Sequence record: NC_019401.1
Reading direction: 5' to 3' (one strand)
Length of the DNA: 64,000 nt
Below, in pieces: positions 17,440 through 28,600 of the stretch. The first letter of the stretch is position 1. The number at the start of each line of letters is the position of its first letter. The notes beneath the pieces are model-generated. The model was not told the origin of the DNA and did no database searches. It saw nothing but the letters and a program-made list of their open reading frames with translations. Position numbers and translations under genes: made by a program.

Positions 17440-18183
17440 ATGGCAAAATTGACAAAGCAAGAAATTGCAAATCACAATAAAATTCTGGATTTAATAAACT
17501 CAGATAAAGTACTGACATTCGATGAAAAATGGTTTATTCTTGAGAACTATCACGAAGGTGCAACCAATATTAACTCCGCTGCTGGAGCATTTTTTACCCC
17601 AATATACTATTCAAGAGATTTTTGTTTAGAAGTTTGGGGTGATACTGTAATTGATATGTGTGCCGGAATTGGATCTTTATCATTTATGGTAGCAAATAAG
17701 TATGATCCAAATGATATTCCTAGTCAGATTGTATGTGTTGAATTAAATCCAGAATATGCAGAAATTGGTAAACGAATAGTACCGGAAGCTGACTGGATTA
17801 TTGCAGATGTTCTATCGTATGAATCGCCAATTATGTTTGATCAAAGCATAAGTAACCCACCATTCGGTCGTATTAAAACATCTGATGTTAAAGATTTATC
17901 ATATAAAGGTGCAGAGTTCGAATTTAAAGTTATCTCAAAAGCATCCACATTGTCAAAATACGGTACTTTCATATTACCTCAAGGAAGTTCAGGATTTAAA
18001 TACTCTAATAACAGATACTATGAAAGATGTGAGACTGATAAGTACAAAAAGTTTAAAGAACAAACTCAAATAGAATTACATCCTGGTATTGGAATTGATT
18101 CATCCGTTTTTAAAGATGACTGGAAGGGTGTGAACATTATTACTGAAGTATGTGTTGCGGATTTCTCAGGAGAATTTCTATGA
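17440..18183 (+). CDS. amino-DNA methyltransferase (NPPF type, likely m6A)
   Basis: GAFFTP, DMCAGIG (motif I) before SNPPF (motif IV). Confidence 0.85.
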   Translation: MAKLTKQEIANHNKILDLINSDKVLTFDEKWFILENYHEGATNINSAAGAFFTPIYYSRDFCLEVWGDTVIDMCAGIGSLSFMVANKYDPNDIPSQIVCVELNPEYAEIGKRIVPEADWIIADVLSYESPIMFDQSISNPPFGRIKTSDVKDLSYKGAEFEFKVISKASTLSKYGTFILPQGSSGFKYSNNRYYERCETDKYKKFKEQTQIELHPGIGIDSSVFKDDWKGVNIITEVCVADFSGEFL

Positions 18184-18653
18184 ATTTCCAAACAATAGTA
18201 AAAGATGATTTAATCAATGGTACTGGTGTTAGAGTAAGTTTGTATGTTTCTGGATGTAGTCATGGATGCAAAGGATGTTTTAATGAATCTGCATGGGATT
18301 ATCGTTCAGGTGAACCATTTGGCGAAGAACAAATTAACATTATCAGACGCGAATTATCCAAACCATATGTAGAAGGTCTAACACTACTTGGTGGAGATGC
18401 ATTGATGCCTAAAAATATCAGTACTGTTATAGAACTTTGCAAAATAGTAAAATCGGAATATCCGAACAAAAATATTTGGTGTTGGACAGGTTATACTTTA
18501 GAAGAAGTAAAAGAAAACCACGCTTCTGAAATTTTAAAATACGTTGACGTTCTTGTGGATGGGGAGTTCGTTGAAGAACTAAAAAATCTAAAACTCCCAT
18601 TCCGTGGCTCAGAAAACCAACGAGTACTAATAAAAGGAAAAGATTATGACTGA
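18180..18653 (+). CDS. nrdG: anaerobic RNR activating enzyme (radical SAM)
   Basis: GCSHGCKGC (CxxxCxxC), LGGDA, DVLVDGEF, FRGSENQR. Confidence 0.95.
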   Translation: MNFQTIVKDDLINGTGVRVSLYVSGCSHGCKGCFNESAWDYRSGEPFGEEQINIIRRELSKPYVEGLTLLGGDALMPKNISTVIELCKIVKSEYPNKNIWCWTGYTLEEVKENHASEILKYVDVLVDGEFVEELKNLKLPFRGSENQRVLIKGKDYD

Positions 18654-18822
18654 TAAGATTATCTATCAAAAAAAATTTGATGGGAATATGATTGAAGAAC
18701 TAGACCCGTATGATATTTTGAACAGTGATGATATTGAAACTGATGCTTTTGGTGATGCTCATGGAACATTTACTGTTACTGTGACTTACACACCACCAGA
18801 TTATGATCCGAATGAAGAATAA
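18646..18822 (+). CDS. small acidic protein (not in ORF track)
   Basis: 58 aa, MTDKIIYQKKFDGNMIEELDPY...; AAGGA RBS; ends just before a terminator. Confidence 0.6.
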   Translation: MTDKIIYQKKFDGNMIEELDPYDILNSDDIETDAFGDAHGTFTVTVTYTPPDYDPNEE

Positions 18823-18845
18823 GCACCCGCATGGGTGCTTTTTTT
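18821..18845 (+). terminator. rho-independent terminator
   Basis: AAGCACCC-GCAT-GGGTGCTT plus T run. Confidence 0.85.
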
Positions 18846-18859
18846 GTTTATAACCCCAA

Positions 18860-18865
18860 TAAATA
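18860..18865 (+). promoter_or_regulatory. T4-type late promoter core
   Basis: TAAATA upstream of the three-paralog structural operon. Confidence 0.55.
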
Positions 18866-18899
18866 CAACAATGATTATCTAATTTTATAGGGATATATT

Positions 18900-21608
18900 A
18901 TGGCTAAACAAGTAAAAGGTACTGTTGATGTAGCTAGATATGCCACGTCTCAAGGAAGAAACATTGCACGTTCAGTGAGTGGTTTAGATTTTGATGACAA
19001 TGGCAATCTTTCTATTGATGCATACACCACTGAAGAATTTAACAAAATTATCAGTGTAATACCAATATCGCACTATGGATCATTTAACTACCTACCGGCT
19101 GGCGTATACGGTTCATATGAAGGTGCTAGTGATGTTCCCGCATACCGTTATCGCAAGATATTTGTAGAAGATAATGGTTCTTTAATTATACTACGTTCTG
19201 GTACGAATGGTGCTAAACGTGGCTTATATTATTCTTTCATGGATAATATTCTTACAACATCAAATTTAAATAGTTCTATAAACACAAACCGAGAATATAA
19301 ACCAGGTTATTTTGGAAGCACATATACAGCAAAGATGGCATTTGCAAGTGATGCTCGTGTTTGTGCTGGTCTAGCGTTTAATTCATCAAATGACCAATTT
19401 ATTTTTATATCATGGATGAATAACACACTAAACGATACACAGCATGTCGGGTCTATTGTACCAGCGGCAACATTATTACCGAACAATGGTTCAGTAAGAT
19501 TTGTAATGACTGGTAATACAGAAATATACTTCTTCGTAGAAGTGAGTGATGGGAATAATCTTATTTTAGAACTACGTTCTGTTCCTATTTCACAAATTCG
19601 TACATCAGCGACCACATTAACTGTAACAGAATATGCCAACTGGACAACAAATGGATTTTATGGTAAATCGATTTCTAACAGAAATATAGTACTTAACGAA
19701 ACTAAAGTTAGTAAAAATGCATCTGAGCAACCTTACATGTTAATTCCACAAGATGCAATTGGATATGAACCATATATGACAGGAGTTGATATATACGCTG
19801 CACAGAATTCTGCTGGACAAATTCGTCTTCGCGTTGTTGGTGATGCATGGTGCACCACAAGTTTCAGAAGTATACGCCCTAAACATAATTACAGCTTTTT
19901 GTTGAACCCTAGTACTAAAGTTGCAACCTTAGAAGCAGGAAATAATGCACCATTAACTATCACTGATCCCGGTTCTGGCACGTCATTAAACGTTGCTGGT
20001 CAAACTTATACAACTGATCCAGTACTTACTTTTAACGGTCAACGTTCAAACCAAATAATGGGTTATTTCTATTTTGACGATGGTGATATTATTGCAATTG
20101 CTACTGAAAACATCGGAAGTGCAGCTACTAAAATTATACGTGCACACTATCCTAACGCAACATCAGTGTTTAACACACTACAGGTTCGAAATTATATAAG
20201 TACTAATTTTGCGTATGGTGCAATGAATACTGCATTTGGTGCACCAGTTGGTTCTGAAGTTCTTAGCTTTGAATGGCTACCAAATAACCGTTATAAAGTT
20301 GGGTCTACGATTGCAGCAAGTACCTACCGACAATCGGTAAACCAATATAAACCAAATCCAACATATACATTTGGTTCTGTTTCATTAGGTACGATCAATG
20401 GATTTGAACCAACAGCAAACAGATATATTACAAATTCTACACTAGATTATAAACTTTTCATTAATACAATTAATGGAACTACTGTTACTACTAATGGTGG
20501 AATTTTCGTCGAAAATGAAAAATTATCATCAGCATTATCGTATAATGAAGATATGGTTGGTTCAGGTAATATGAGCATTAATAATACCTTGTTGACTAAT
20601 TTAAAAAATCAACAATTAGCAAATGCAACACTATCAGTAGATACAACTAATACATCGTGTATAACATTATTCGTTCCACAACAAACTAACTGTCCAGCGT
20701 TTGCACTAATAAGTGCTGTTACACCATCTAGACAGAATTATCTTAAAATTATCGAAGTTAATGTGAATACAAGAACTGGTGTTATAAGTACATTAACTTT
20801 TAAAAGATTAGTATATGAAGACTCTGGAAACTTTGGTTCAATTTCATATCCAGGCACATATGGAATTTCTTCTGCTGCGGTAGGGATAACAATATATGAT
20901 GCTGGAACTTTTTATGTTATTGGTGGGGTTGACCCATATATGTACAGAACTGTTGGCGATACAAATAGTATCACATGGAGAGCTAAAGTAACTAAAAGTA
21001 CTGGTCAAATGGATGATTTTGTTGTCGCGAGTACATATCAGGCACATACACCAAATGATGGTCAATTACCAACTGCTGTTCCCGGCGTAGGTTTTGGTTA
21101 TATTGATTTTTTCCGAAATAGAGAAGATGACCGTGTTCGTATTATTTTTCAGCCTGTAGGTACAACATTAGCTCAATATAATTCATGGACTCCTAATGGG
21201 AACCCTATTTTATTAGCTTCACAAGATGTTGCACAAGGTTTTATTATATACTTCACTGAAAACACATCAGTACTACTATCTGGAAAGTCATTTACGATGC
21301 CAATTCAAAATATTGATTTGCGAACAGTAAAAGCTAATCCTGCAAATAGTACATTCCACATTTACGTTACAATGGAAGAAGGGTTGGCTAAGTATATGGC
21401 AACAGAAACTGTAATTGCTGAAACTGGAACGACTGCATATAATACATTCTGGATAGGTACGGTTACTACTAATGCTAACCAAATTTCGTCAATAAACGTT
21501 CTTAAACGTAGTCGTTTAGATGTATTCGGTGCATCATTAGAAGCAGCAGGTTCTTCATTCCCTGTGAGTTATGGATTACCGTCAGGATCTGGAATTATAA
21601 ACTGGTAA
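18900..21608 (+). CDS. virion structural protein (tail/baseplate-associated), paralog 1
   Basis: 902 aa, T/N/S/G-rich beta composition; shares LRxGTNG, QDVxQGF and C-terminal motifs with the next two genes. Confidence 0.7.
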   Translation: MAKQVKGTVDVARYATSQGRNIARSVSGLDFDDNGNLSIDAYTTEEFNKIISVIPISHYGSFNYLPAGVYGSYEGASDVPAYRYRKIFVEDNGSLIILRSGTNGAKRGLYYSFMDNILTTSNLNSSINTNREYKPGYFGSTYTAKMAFASDARVCAGLAFNSSNDQFIFISWMNNTLNDTQHVGSIVPAATLLPNNGSVRFVMTGNTEIYFFVEVSDGNNLILELRSVPISQIRTSATTLTVTEYANWTTNGFYGKSISNRNIVLNETKVSKNASEQPYMLIPQDAIGYEPYMTGVDIYAAQNSAGQIRLRVVGDAWCTTSFRSIRPKHNYSFLLNPSTKVATLEAGNNAPLTITDPGSGTSLNVAGQTYTTDPVLTFNGQRSNQIMGYFYFDDGDIIAIATENIGSAATKIIRAHYPNATSVFNTLQVRNYISTNFAYGAMNTAFGAPVGSEVLSFEWLPNNRYKVGSTIAASTYRQSVNQYKPNPTYTFGSVSLGTINGFEPTANRYITNSTLDYKLFINTINGTTVTTNGGIFVENEKLSSALSYNEDMVGSGNMSINNTLLTNLKNQQLANATLSVDTTNTSCITLFVPQQTNCPAFALISAVTPSRQNYLKIIEVNVNTRTGVISTLTFKRLVYEDSGNFGSISYPGTYGISSAAVGITIYDAGTFYVIGGVDPYMYRTVGDTNSITWRAKVTKSTGQMDDFVVASTYQAHTPNDGQLPTAVPGVGFGYIDFFRNREDDRVRIIFQPVGTTLAQYNSWTPNGNPILLASQDVAQGFIIYFTENTSVLLSGKSFTMPIQNIDLRTVKANPANSTFHIYVTMEEGLAKYMATETVIAETGTTAYNTFWIGTVTTNANQISSINVLKRSRLDVFGASLEAAGSSFPVSYGLPSGSGIINW

Positions 21609-21617
21609 GGAAACCAA

Positions 21618-24356
21618 ATGGCTTATACAATTAAAGGCGATTTAAACGCCACACACATTAAAGTACAAGGTAAAACAGTTGGTGGTGCAATAAGCACCAC
21701 TGACAACGATACCGTATATACTGCAAATGAATCAGGTCATGTTGCGTTGCCAATTCCAACATCATCTGAAATTGATTATATTTTGAACCAGTTCCCACTA
21801 TCACAATACGGTTCAATTAATAATAACGCAGTTGGGGTTGCTGGAACATTCGATGGTGGTAGTACACCTGCATATTATTCAGCAATGCCAGTACTATTAG
21901 AAGAAGATGGGTCATTAGTATATCTAAGACCTGGAACAAATGGCAGTACTATAAACTATTACTATACTTATATTAATAATCCAGTAGTTTCTATGCAGCC
22001 ATATACCACCATAAATCATTATTATAGTGGTTCGTGGAAAAATATTTTATTCACTGCATCTGACACTAAGACTGCACTTCTATATGAAGAAGTTGGTAAT
22101 AATGCGATTCATGTAGTACTAACCAATGGAACGCTAAGGAAATCTGCACACAAAGAAGCAGTTATTGTGAGAACACTTATTCCACATTACATGGTATATG
22201 CATTAGTAATTGGAACATATTACTACATTGTAACCATTGATTCATCAACCTTTATTTTGAATAACCCTACTACACTAAACATTAGTATTAACGACCCACT
22301 TCAATTTGGATTATACCGAATTCCAGTTGCGGAAATTAATGCAGGTTCAGTAGTAACGGTTGAACGAGTTAGTGGTATTTCAGGTAAAACTATGTACGGT
22401 GATGATATTACTTCACAGAATTTTATCAGAATTGCAGATAAATGGGCGAGTGCAGATAACACTTCGGATAAATCTTTTATAAAATATCCATCGGTGATAA
22501 CGAATGTAGTACCAGTAACGTACTCAATTTATGGTAGCGTTCGTGCAATATATGACGGAACTAATTTGCGTATAGGTTTCAGTGAGAACTGTTTTATTTC
22601 AAATAACGTTCTACGTTCAGATACACGGTATGATTTTACTGTAACATTCAATATGAATACTGGTGTTTATACATCCAACTTAACACCAACGCCTGTAATT
22701 AGTACTGGAACAGCCACAAGTCTAATAACTTGGTCAAATCCATATTATGCGAATTCATCCAATTTATGGGGCAGTAATGATAATGAGTATTCTGATGGAA
22801 TGGCAGGAACAATATATATTACAAAAAATGGTATTCAGTACTTTATTCGTGAAAAATATGTACTCAGTGATGTATATCAAGTTTATCGTTCTAAGATCGA
22901 AAACTTTACATCCGTTGCTGATGCATATTCGTATCGTGGACGTACTGTAACATTACAAGAACGATTTGTTGTGAATCAGGATTTCGCATCTCGTGTAGGT
23001 GACCAACTTCTTTCATGTACACCAATTAGTTCAAGCCGAGTTATCTTTAGTGGTACAGGTACATATAATGGCGTATATTATGGCAAGTATGATAAAGGTG
23101 TTGCTGATATTGGAACTACCAGAACTTATACATACAATTCATATACACGTGGAACAATAACTGGATATGCACCACAATCATTCAGAGTTCCGTTAACAGT
23201 GCAAAGTCAAGTATATTCTGGAGTTTCATTATGTGACACATCTGGAAATGTGCAATTTTATGGAACTGCCTTTACTGAAGGTAAAAACCTAACAGTAGGA
23301 TATAAGCTAGATGCTAACACATTAACATTTGATAAAACATTTAGCATACCAAGCTCAGTACTAGTTGGATTGAAGAATTCAATTTTAACAAGTTTAGGTT
23401 TAAGTCCACAGGATTCTAAAATTGGTTTATACTACTGTCCAGACTCAAGTTATTCTAAAAGCGTTGCGACTATAGTAACACACAATGGTGGAAATAATGG
23501 CGGAAACAAGATTATTGCTACAGTTGATACAACTGTCAATACATCACAAATTCTTACTGCTACTGTTAACACGGTAATATATAATACATTTGATGCCGCA
23601 ATTCAAAGTGTTTCTCCATTCGAAATTGATGAAATGAACAGACATGCTGGGTTGTCATGTGTAAAATATAGTGATTTTACATATATTGCATTTTCTAATT
23701 TAGTTGGTTTTACGGTTCCTGGTGACACGAGAGAAGAATCTTATTGTGGTATTGTATCAGGAAGTACTATATCTTCTCTTATTGCTTCAAGATCGTATCA
23801 TGCATCAATAGATCCTGTTGCACGGGAGTACGGGTATATTCCTAATTTTGGATTCGGCTATTTTACATTTTATAATTCGGATAATGGTACTAAGCTTATT
23901 TTCAAACAATGTGGTAATACATTAGCACAGTTTAATGCGAATATGGCGGCTGGTACTGGAACAGATACTGTAATTTTGGCACAAGATGTTCCTCAAGGAT
24001 TTTACTTGTACTTCACTGAAGTAACTCCATTATTCATGGCTGGGCAGTACTTCGATGTTCCAATTTCAGTGATTAAACTAGATGATGTGGTTACCAATCC
24101 AAGTAACAAAACGTTCTACATTTACATTCAGTTAGTATTAGGTTCACCACAATATGTGGCAAGTTTATCTGAAATTCCAGAAAGCAATACCACTATGTTC
24201 TTGGGAACTATTACAACTGATGGTACTAAGGTTGCAACATTAAATATTAAGAAGGTTTCACGTTTCGACGTATACAGACCAAGCTTAACTCAGATTGGTT
24301 CGGCATTCCCTGTCAGTTCAGGAAATCCGGCACAGTCTGGTTCAATCGGATGGTAA
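21618..24356 (+). CDS. virion structural protein, paralog 2
   Basis: 912 aa; YLRPGTNG, QDVPQGFYLYF, GSAFPVSSG. Confidence 0.7.
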   Translation: MAYTIKGDLNATHIKVQGKTVGGAISTTDNDTVYTANESGHVALPIPTSSEIDYILNQFPLSQYGSINNNAVGVAGTFDGGSTPAYYSAMPVLLEEDGSLVYLRPGTNGSTINYYYTYINNPVVSMQPYTTINHYYSGSWKNILFTASDTKTALLYEEVGNNAIHVVLTNGTLRKSAHKEAVIVRTLIPHYMVYALVIGTYYYIVTIDSSTFILNNPTTLNISINDPLQFGLYRIPVAEINAGSVVTVERVSGISGKTMYGDDITSQNFIRIADKWASADNTSDKSFIKYPSVITNVVPVTYSIYGSVRAIYDGTNLRIGFSENCFISNNVLRSDTRYDFTVTFNMNTGVYTSNLTPTPVISTGTATSLITWSNPYYANSSNLWGSNDNEYSDGMAGTIYITKNGIQYFIREKYVLSDVYQVYRSKIENFTSVADAYSYRGRTVTLQERFVVNQDFASRVGDQLLSCTPISSSRVIFSGTGTYNGVYYGKYDKGVADIGTTRTYTYNSYTRGTITGYAPQSFRVPLTVQSQVYSGVSLCDTSGNVQFYGTAFTEGKNLTVGYKLDANTLTFDKTFSIPSSVLVGLKNSILTSLGLSPQDSKIGLYYCPDSSYSKSVATIVTHNGGNNGGNKIIATVDTTVNTSQILTATVNTVIYNTFDAAIQSVSPFEIDEMNRHAGLSCVKYSDFTYIAFSNLVGFTVPGDTREESYCGIVSGSTISSLIASRSYHASIDPVAREYGYIPNFGFGYFTFYNSDNGTKLIFKQCGNTLAQFNANMAAGTGTDTVILAQDVPQGFYLYFTEVTPLFMAGQYFDVPISVIKLDDVVTNPSNKTFYIYIQLVLGSPQYVASLSEIPESNTTMFLGTITTDGTKVATLNIKKVSRFDVYRPSLTQIGSAFPVSSGNPAQSGSIGW

Positions 24357-24367
24357 AAGGAATTTAA

Positions 24368-27118
24368 ATGTCTAAAAAAATTATTGGTGATATGAGCGTT
24401 CAGCGTAACGCTCAGTCAAATGGTAGAAACACAATCCGTGATATTAACAATATTACTGCTGATGTGAATGGTAATGTTAATCTACCATATTATGACAAAG
24501 AATATATCAATAAGATAACATCAGTTTTGCCAATTTCACGTATTGGTACTATGGATTATCTACCAATGAGTATTAATGGCTCCTTTGAAGGAGCCACTAC
24601 TTATTATACTGAAAGGCTTATTCTACCTGTTATGGTAGAAAATAATGGTACTTTAGTGTACCTTAGACCTGGAACAAATGGAAGTACTGATGGTTATTAT
24701 TATTGTTATGTAAATGATATTAGAAATGCAGTTGACTTAACTCCCGTTTTATCAAACGAAAAGTATATTCCAACTACATTTACTGCTAATCATAAATTAC
24801 ATGAATTTATTGGTTCTAAAGCAAATGAAGTATTGTTTATGAAAACAAATAACGGAACTACCGATACTTATACAATTGGTCTTACAAATGGAACTCTTAA
24901 TAGTGTTTCACATCAATATGTTGAGTTTCCTCGTTCTAATATGGGAAGTACTGATCCTCAATATGCACATATTGTGGGAAATTTTGTATATATATGGTGT
25001 ATTGATTCTTACGATTCAACCGCTGCTTTTGATATTTCACTATATACAATAAGTGTTGCTAATATTCGTTCTGGTGCAAGCAACTCACTAACAAAAGTGA
25101 CTGGAATTTCTGGTAAGACCATTTATGATGATGCAGTTGCAGGTTCTATCAGAATTGCACAAAAATATGTAAGTACTGCAACCTCCGATAAACCATTTGT
25201 TATTCAGGATGCAGGAGCAAACACTGCTGTGTATCAGTTGAATAATCATGGTGTTATACAGGCAGCAGCAAATAATACTAATACAGGAATTCGAGTAGCG
25301 TTATTTCATCCATTTGCAGTGAATACTTCTTTTTCAAACTCACAGCAATATATGTGGGGTTTAAGTTTCACCTACAATATCAGTGCTAAATCATATATTT
25401 TTGATAAACCTAATGCGGGTGCTATACAAGTATCTACCGCTGGTAACACGATTGTAGTGAATAATCCTTATAATGTTAGAATGGAAGATATTAATGGGTT
25501 TTCTAGTGATGCACAAGGTAACGTTCCAACGATTTATCAAACTGCTGACGGTAAGTTATTCAGTACTGTGGCACGTTATATATCATCACCACAACACAAA
25601 ATAACTCGTGCATCAATTGATAATTTCTCTGATCAGTATACTACATTGAATTTGACTACACGTTCTCTTTCTGGTATAACAATAAAATATGTTGATGCAG
25701 TTTATGGTTCTGCTGTTGGTGAAAACTTAATCAATCCAACTGTATTATCTAAAACACGAGTACTTCTGAACTGTAGCGGTACTGAAAATGGTTTACCACT
25801 ATCGTTCGATACGAAGATTTATACTGATATTGGAACATCCACGACATATCCTTATAAGTCGGTTATTACTGGCAACACGATAAATGGTTATGCACCGAAT
25901 GTAAATAGACACAAAATAGATAATACTGATTTTAGATATTGTGGGTTAATCACATTAGTTGATACTGATGGCTCCATTAAAACTTATGGTTCTACATTCT
26001 TGGAAGGTCTTTCTAAACCAGCCAATGGATTAATGAATCCAAATGATTTTACGTTCAATGGAGTATATACCTTAGAAAATCAATCACTATTAACTGATTT
26101 GAAAAATAGTATATTAAGTTCAGTAACGCATCCAGGAAATATTACTGAAAGCCTTATTGTTTTGTACTATATTCCTAGTACTGAAAATGCTGCATTTGGT
26201 AAAAGTATTGCGGTCACATCAATAAAAACTGATGCACCCGATGTGTCAGGATATAATGGATTTGTAATTGTTAGTCAAGTGACAAGTACTGCAACAGGTT
26301 TTACCATCAACAGTTTATCGGCAAGTAATAGTGTTATACATCCAGCGTCATGGAATGTGTTAAAATTAGATTACACATATATTTCAAGAATGACCGGATT
26401 AGTAATTGCGAAATATTCAGAATTTTCATATATTGGTATTCCTGCTTTAGTTAACATGAGCACTCCAGCAAATGCATCATTCAGATCTATAATTGGTAAA
26501 CTAGATTCAACAAATAATATAGTTTCAAGTAGTGTCTTTACATCACAATATGTTAGTGCTGCTCAGAATACATTTGAAGTTGGTGTATTACCTGATGTTG
26601 GTTTTGGTGTATTCGAAAATGGAAACATTACCGATTATCAAACAAAACTAGTGTTCAAAAATCACGGAACATCTGAAGCTAACTTAGACGCATTGATTGC
26701 AGACGTAACGGCTGCTCCAGTAAGTAGGATTGTAGTTACATCACAGGATGTTGCTCAAGGATTTATCGTTTATTTTGCACAAGTTATACCTATTTTCATG
26801 AATGGTCGTTATTTTGAAATGCAGCCAACATCAATAGACTTAACTACAATTGACCCGTCTCCAGCTAATAAAACATTCTATGTTTATATAACGATTGTAG
26901 AAGGTGAGGCAGAATATCAAATAAGCAGTACGTTACTCAGTGAAGAATTGTACCGGGTATATATAGGAACGATTGAGACTGGAAATTTGGCGATCACTTC
27001 GATAAGTACTGAGAAAGTTACTAGATTCTTAACTTACAGAACAAGTACAACTAAACGTGGTTCAGCAATCCCTTCGAGTACTGGCGTACCGTCTGGAACT
27101 GGCACACGGTGGAACTAA
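24368..27118 (+). CDS. virion structural protein, paralog 3
   Basis: 916 aa; YLRPGTNG, QDVAQGFIVYF, GSAIPSSTG. Confidence 0.7.
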   Translation: MSKKIIGDMSVQRNAQSNGRNTIRDINNITADVNGNVNLPYYDKEYINKITSVLPISRIGTMDYLPMSINGSFEGATTYYTERLILPVMVENNGTLVYLRPGTNGSTDGYYYCYVNDIRNAVDLTPVLSNEKYIPTTFTANHKLHEFIGSKANEVLFMKTNNGTTDTYTIGLTNGTLNSVSHQYVEFPRSNMGSTDPQYAHIVGNFVYIWCIDSYDSTAAFDISLYTISVANIRSGASNSLTKVTGISGKTIYDDAVAGSIRIAQKYVSTATSDKPFVIQDAGANTAVYQLNNHGVIQAAANNTNTGIRVALFHPFAVNTSFSNSQQYMWGLSFTYNISAKSYIFDKPNAGAIQVSTAGNTIVVNNPYNVRMEDINGFSSDAQGNVPTIYQTADGKLFSTVARYISSPQHKITRASIDNFSDQYTTLNLTTRSLSGITIKYVDAVYGSAVGENLINPTVLSKTRVLLNCSGTENGLPLSFDTKIYTDIGTSTTYPYKSVITGNTINGYAPNVNRHKIDNTDFRYCGLITLVDTDGSIKTYGSTFLEGLSKPANGLMNPNDFTFNGVYTLENQSLLTDLKNSILSSVTHPGNITESLIVLYYIPSTENAAFGKSIAVTSIKTDAPDVSGYNGFVIVSQVTSTATGFTINSLSASNSVIHPASWNVLKLDYTYISRMTGLVIAKYSEFSYIGIPALVNMSTPANASFRSIIGKLDSTNNIVSSSVFTSQYVSAAQNTFEVGVLPDVGFGVFENGNITDYQTKLVFKNHGTSEANLDALIADVTAAPVSRIVVTSQDVAQGFIVYFAQVIPIFMNGRYFEMQPTSIDLTTIDPSPANKTFYVYITIVEGEAEYQISSTLLSEELYRVYIGTIETGNLAITSISTEKVTRFLTYRTSTTKRGSAIPSSTGVPSGTGTRWN

Positions 27119-27122
27119 TTTA

Positions 27123-27147
27123 AAGCGGTCACTTGACCGCTTTTTTT
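27123..27147 (+). terminator. rho-independent terminator
   Basis: AAGCGGTC-ACTT-GACCGCTT plus T run. Confidence 0.85.
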
Positions 27148-27202
27148 ATTCTTGCTATAATCATGAGGAAGAAAAAAATAAAAAATTAAATTTAAAAATC
27201 CC

Positions 27203-27231
27203 TTGACACGAGGGCTGTTTGCGTGTACTAT
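27203..27231 (+). promoter_or_regulatory. sigma70-type early promoter
   Basis: TTGACA-N17-TACTAT with A-rich upstream (UP-like) tract. Confidence 0.75.
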
Positions 27232-27247
27232 AATTAGGAATTAAATT

Positions 27248-27820
27248 ATGGGCTTTCAACCAAAACCAAATAAGAACGATAAAAACACCGTCAATATGCT
27301 TTATGTTAGTGATGCTGCTGAAGAACAAGCGAGAGAAATCGGCTGTCATAAACACATTCTTCTTTTAAGAAAGAGTGCTGGTAAACTTCGTCAATACGTC
27401 GATTGCTTTGTAAACACAAAGTTTCCAACCCAACGACTCATTGAAATCAAATACGAATTCAGTAAATGCCGTCCAGAAGTTCTAGCTATGATGGAATCAA
27501 TGGCTAAAGACCCACGCCGTTTTAATTTTGAAAGTTTAGATACTCATAGAAAAGTCTTTGTTGATACCTTACATGGCACACGGTTTCAGTACTATGATTT
27601 TAGCTCGAACCCAAATATCGTTATTCCTACACTTTATATTAATGGTAGAGAATTTCTATCCAAAATTGAATTACAATGCATCTCATCAGTGATTAACTCA
27701 TTGTCTGTTATGCATGAAAATGAATATAAACTACAAGAAGAATTAAAGGCATTAGAAGAACAAGAAAATGTCTTTAAAATTTATCATAATGAAAAACATT
27801 CTACTAACGAAGGAAATTAA
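27248..27820 (+). CDS. hypothetical protein, paralog family A member 1
   Basis: LLLRK...IEIKYEFSKCRPE...MAKDPRRF shared with 28566, 29384 and 29860. Confidence 0.75.
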   Translation: MGFQPKPNKNDKNTVNMLYVSDAAEEQAREIGCHKHILLLRKSAGKLRQYVDCFVNTKFPTQRLIEIKYEFSKCRPEVLAMMESMAKDPRRFNFESLDTHRKVFVDTLHGTRFQYYDFSSNPNIVIPTLYINGREFLSKIELQCISSVINSLSVMHENEYKLQEELKALEEQENVFKIYHNEKHSTNEGN

Positions 27821-28600
27821 ATGAAACTTGGAGATCGCATTAAAGTATATGAGAAAATTGAAACAGCAGAACGCTTCATGCCAATGCTACCTATCTATGC
27901 TCGTATTGATGGTCGTTCATTTAGTAAATTTACAAAAGGTATGGTTAAGCCATATGATAGCACATTAAGTCGTATCATGATGGAAGTGACAAAATATCTT
28001 GTTGAAGAAACTGGTGCATCTATTGGCTATACTCAAAGTGATGAAATTAGTCTTGTGTACTTTCAGAAATCAATGGAAAGCGATGTTTTCTTTAGTGGTA
28101 AAAAACAAAAGATGGTTTCAGTACTTGCAGGTTTAGCAACTGCTAAATTTGTAGAACTTGCACTGAAGTTATACCCTGATGAATGTGCCAAACGTCTTCC
28201 TGTATTTGATTGCCGAGTTTTCCAGGTTCCGTCTAAAGTTGAAGCAGTAAACTGTTTTGTATGGCGTTCACAAGATGCAATTCGTAATAGTATTCAGATG
28301 GCTGGACGTGCAGTATTCTCACATTCTGAATTAGATCGTAAAAATCAGAATCAAATTCTTGATATGCTTATCAACGAGAAAGGCATTAACTGGAATGAAT
28401 ATCCTAAGTTCTTTAAAGAGGGTACATTCTGGCAGAGGCAGAATTATGAAAAAATGGTTGATGGTGTACCAGTAATTCGCTCTAAGGTTGATGAAGTACT
28501 CGTTGGTACGAAGTTTGATGATTTAAGTACTGAAGACAAAGTTAAACTTATTTTTGGGGATGATGATGTTATTCAAAAAGAAAAAAGCGAAACGTCATGA
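27821..28600 (+). CDS. thg1: tRNA(His) guanylyltransferase Thg1-like protein
   Basis: RIDGRSFSKFT, YTQSDEISL, FDCR, WRSQDAIRNS. Confidence 0.92.
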   Translation: MKLGDRIKVYEKIETAERFMPMLPIYARIDGRSFSKFTKGMVKPYDSTLSRIMMEVTKYLVEETGASIGYTQSDEISLVYFQKSMESDVFFSGKKQKMVSVLAGLATAKFVELALKLYPDECAKRLPVFDCRVFQVPSKVEAVNCFVWRSQDAIRNSIQMAGRAVFSHSELDRKNQNQILDMLINEKGINWNEYPKFFKEGTFWQRQNYEKMVDGVPVIRSKVDEVLVGTKFDDLSTEDKVKLIFGDDDVIQKEKSETS

